DNA of 64,000 nucleotides from Candidatus Algichlamydia australiensis (GTDB lineage Bacteria; Chlamydiota; Chlamydiia; Chlamydiales; JAJFMI01): NCBI GenBank assembly GCA_033977065.1, contig JAXCHI010000003.1, positions 64,001 to 128,000 of the forward strand, read 5' to 3'. Shown piece by piece: positions 63,154 to 64,000 of this stretch (position 1 is its first letter; each line of letters starts with the position of its first letter). The notes under the pieces were generated by a model. It saw only the letters and a program-made list of their open reading frames with translations, ran no database searches and was not told where the DNA came from. The position numbers and the translations under genes were made by a program.

Positions 63154-64000
63154 TTGATCTCTGTTGTTATTCTCAATTGGAATGGTAAAAATGATACTCT
63201 CGCATGTTTACAGTCGCTTGATAACGCTGATTATCAGCAACTTAAAACCTATGTGGTTGATAATGGCTCAACAGATAACTCGATTCAAGCTATTCAAGCG
63301 CAATTTCCCAACGTTGAGTTAATAGAGACAGGGGAAAATCTGGGGTTTGCAGGAGGCAATAATGTGGCTCTTCGCAAAATCTTACAAACAGAGACAGACT
63401 ATATTTTTCTTCTAAATAATGACACTGTTGTAAGGCCGGACATTTTTAAAAGCTTTGTTGCAAGAGCTGAAAAAGAACCGAATAGCGTCTGGGGAGGAAA
63501 ACTCTGTCTCTATGACCTTCCTGACACCCTCGATCATCTTGGAGGAATTTGGGATGAGAAGCACGCCTCTTTCCGATTAGTAGGAAATCGTGAAAAGAGT
63601 GCGCTTTTTTCAGAGCCAATCGAAATGGACTATATCTGCGGAGCTGCTCTTTTTGCGCCAAAGAGAGTTTTTGAGAAAGTTGGCTTACTAGAAGAGAAGT
63701 ACTTTTTAGTTTGGGAAGAAGCGGACTGGTGCACGCGAGCAAAGCGCGCCGGTTTTAAAATGCTTCTTTGTCCTGAAGCCACTCTTTTTCATAAAGTCTC
63801 CGCCTCTTTTCAAGACAGGGCGCACCAATCCTACTTCTCTTTTCGCAATCGCCTTCTCTTTATTGAAAGAAATTTTGAGTTAAAAGAGCGATGCAAATAC
63901 CTCTTTCGTATTTTCACAAAAGAGGTAAGCAAAAATTATAAGCACTATCAAATTCGTCTCTTTACTAGACGTGTCGGTATTGCTCTACGTAGAGATAAAC
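63154..64000 (+). CDS. Glycosyltransferase family 2, runs off window end
   Basis: TTG start ISVVILNWNG, VVDNGSTD, NLGFAGGNN, LLNND, WEEADWC; absent from the ORF track because it has no stop in the window. Confidence 0.9.
   Translation, partial: MISVVILNWNGKNDTLACLQSLDNADYQQLKTYVVDNGSTDNSIQAIQAQFPNVELIETGENLGFAGGNNVALRKILQTETDYIFLLNNDTVVRPDIFKSFVARAEKEPNSVWGGKLCLYDLPDTLDHLGGIWDEKHASFRLVGNREKSALFSEPIEMDYICGAALFAPKRVFEKVGLLEEKYFLVWEEADWCTRAKRAGFKMLLCPEATLFHKVSASFQDRAHQSYFSFRNRLLFIERNFELKERCKYLFRIFTKEVSKNYKHYQIRLFTRRVGIALRRDK

Overview
Chromosomal window of an environmental Chlamydiota bacterium, identified from chlamydial 16S signatures and chlamydial gene order (kdsD-E2-gltT-lpxK-spoU-nrdR-dksA-lspA; tsp-rpsL-rpsG-fusA-rpsJ without tuf; rodA-birA-nifU-nifS-gpmA-rluB). 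It holds one intron-free rRNA operon (minus strand, about 1.6-6.65 kb), tRNA-Ser and tRNA-Phe, and many housekeeping genes. Three less ordinary themes sit between these. (1) Candidate host-directed proteins with eukaryotic address tags: a two-gene operon whose products both start with mitochondrial-presequence-like N-termini (one has a divergent SAM-methyltransferase fold), an 84-aa protein ending in the CaaX box CVIM right behind rpsJ, a 1019-aa LRR/ankyrin/coiled-coil protein with NLS-like basic clusters, a 1297-aa protein hiding a Cys/Met-metabolism PLP domain, and an Inc-like protein. (2) A glycan cluster in which both GDP-fucose enzymes (Fcl and Gmd), normally cytoplasmic, carry Sec-type signal peptides and are followed by a kinase-fold lipoprotein and a GT9. 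(3) A dense set of non-autonomous palindromic elements, at least six about 160 bp long with unrelated termini, which interrupt genes and nest in each other. A recombination scar (duplicated icd and E2 3' ends) appears to record capture of the LRR/ankyrin gene from a related lineage. All calls come from reading the sequence by eye; no searches or predictors were run.
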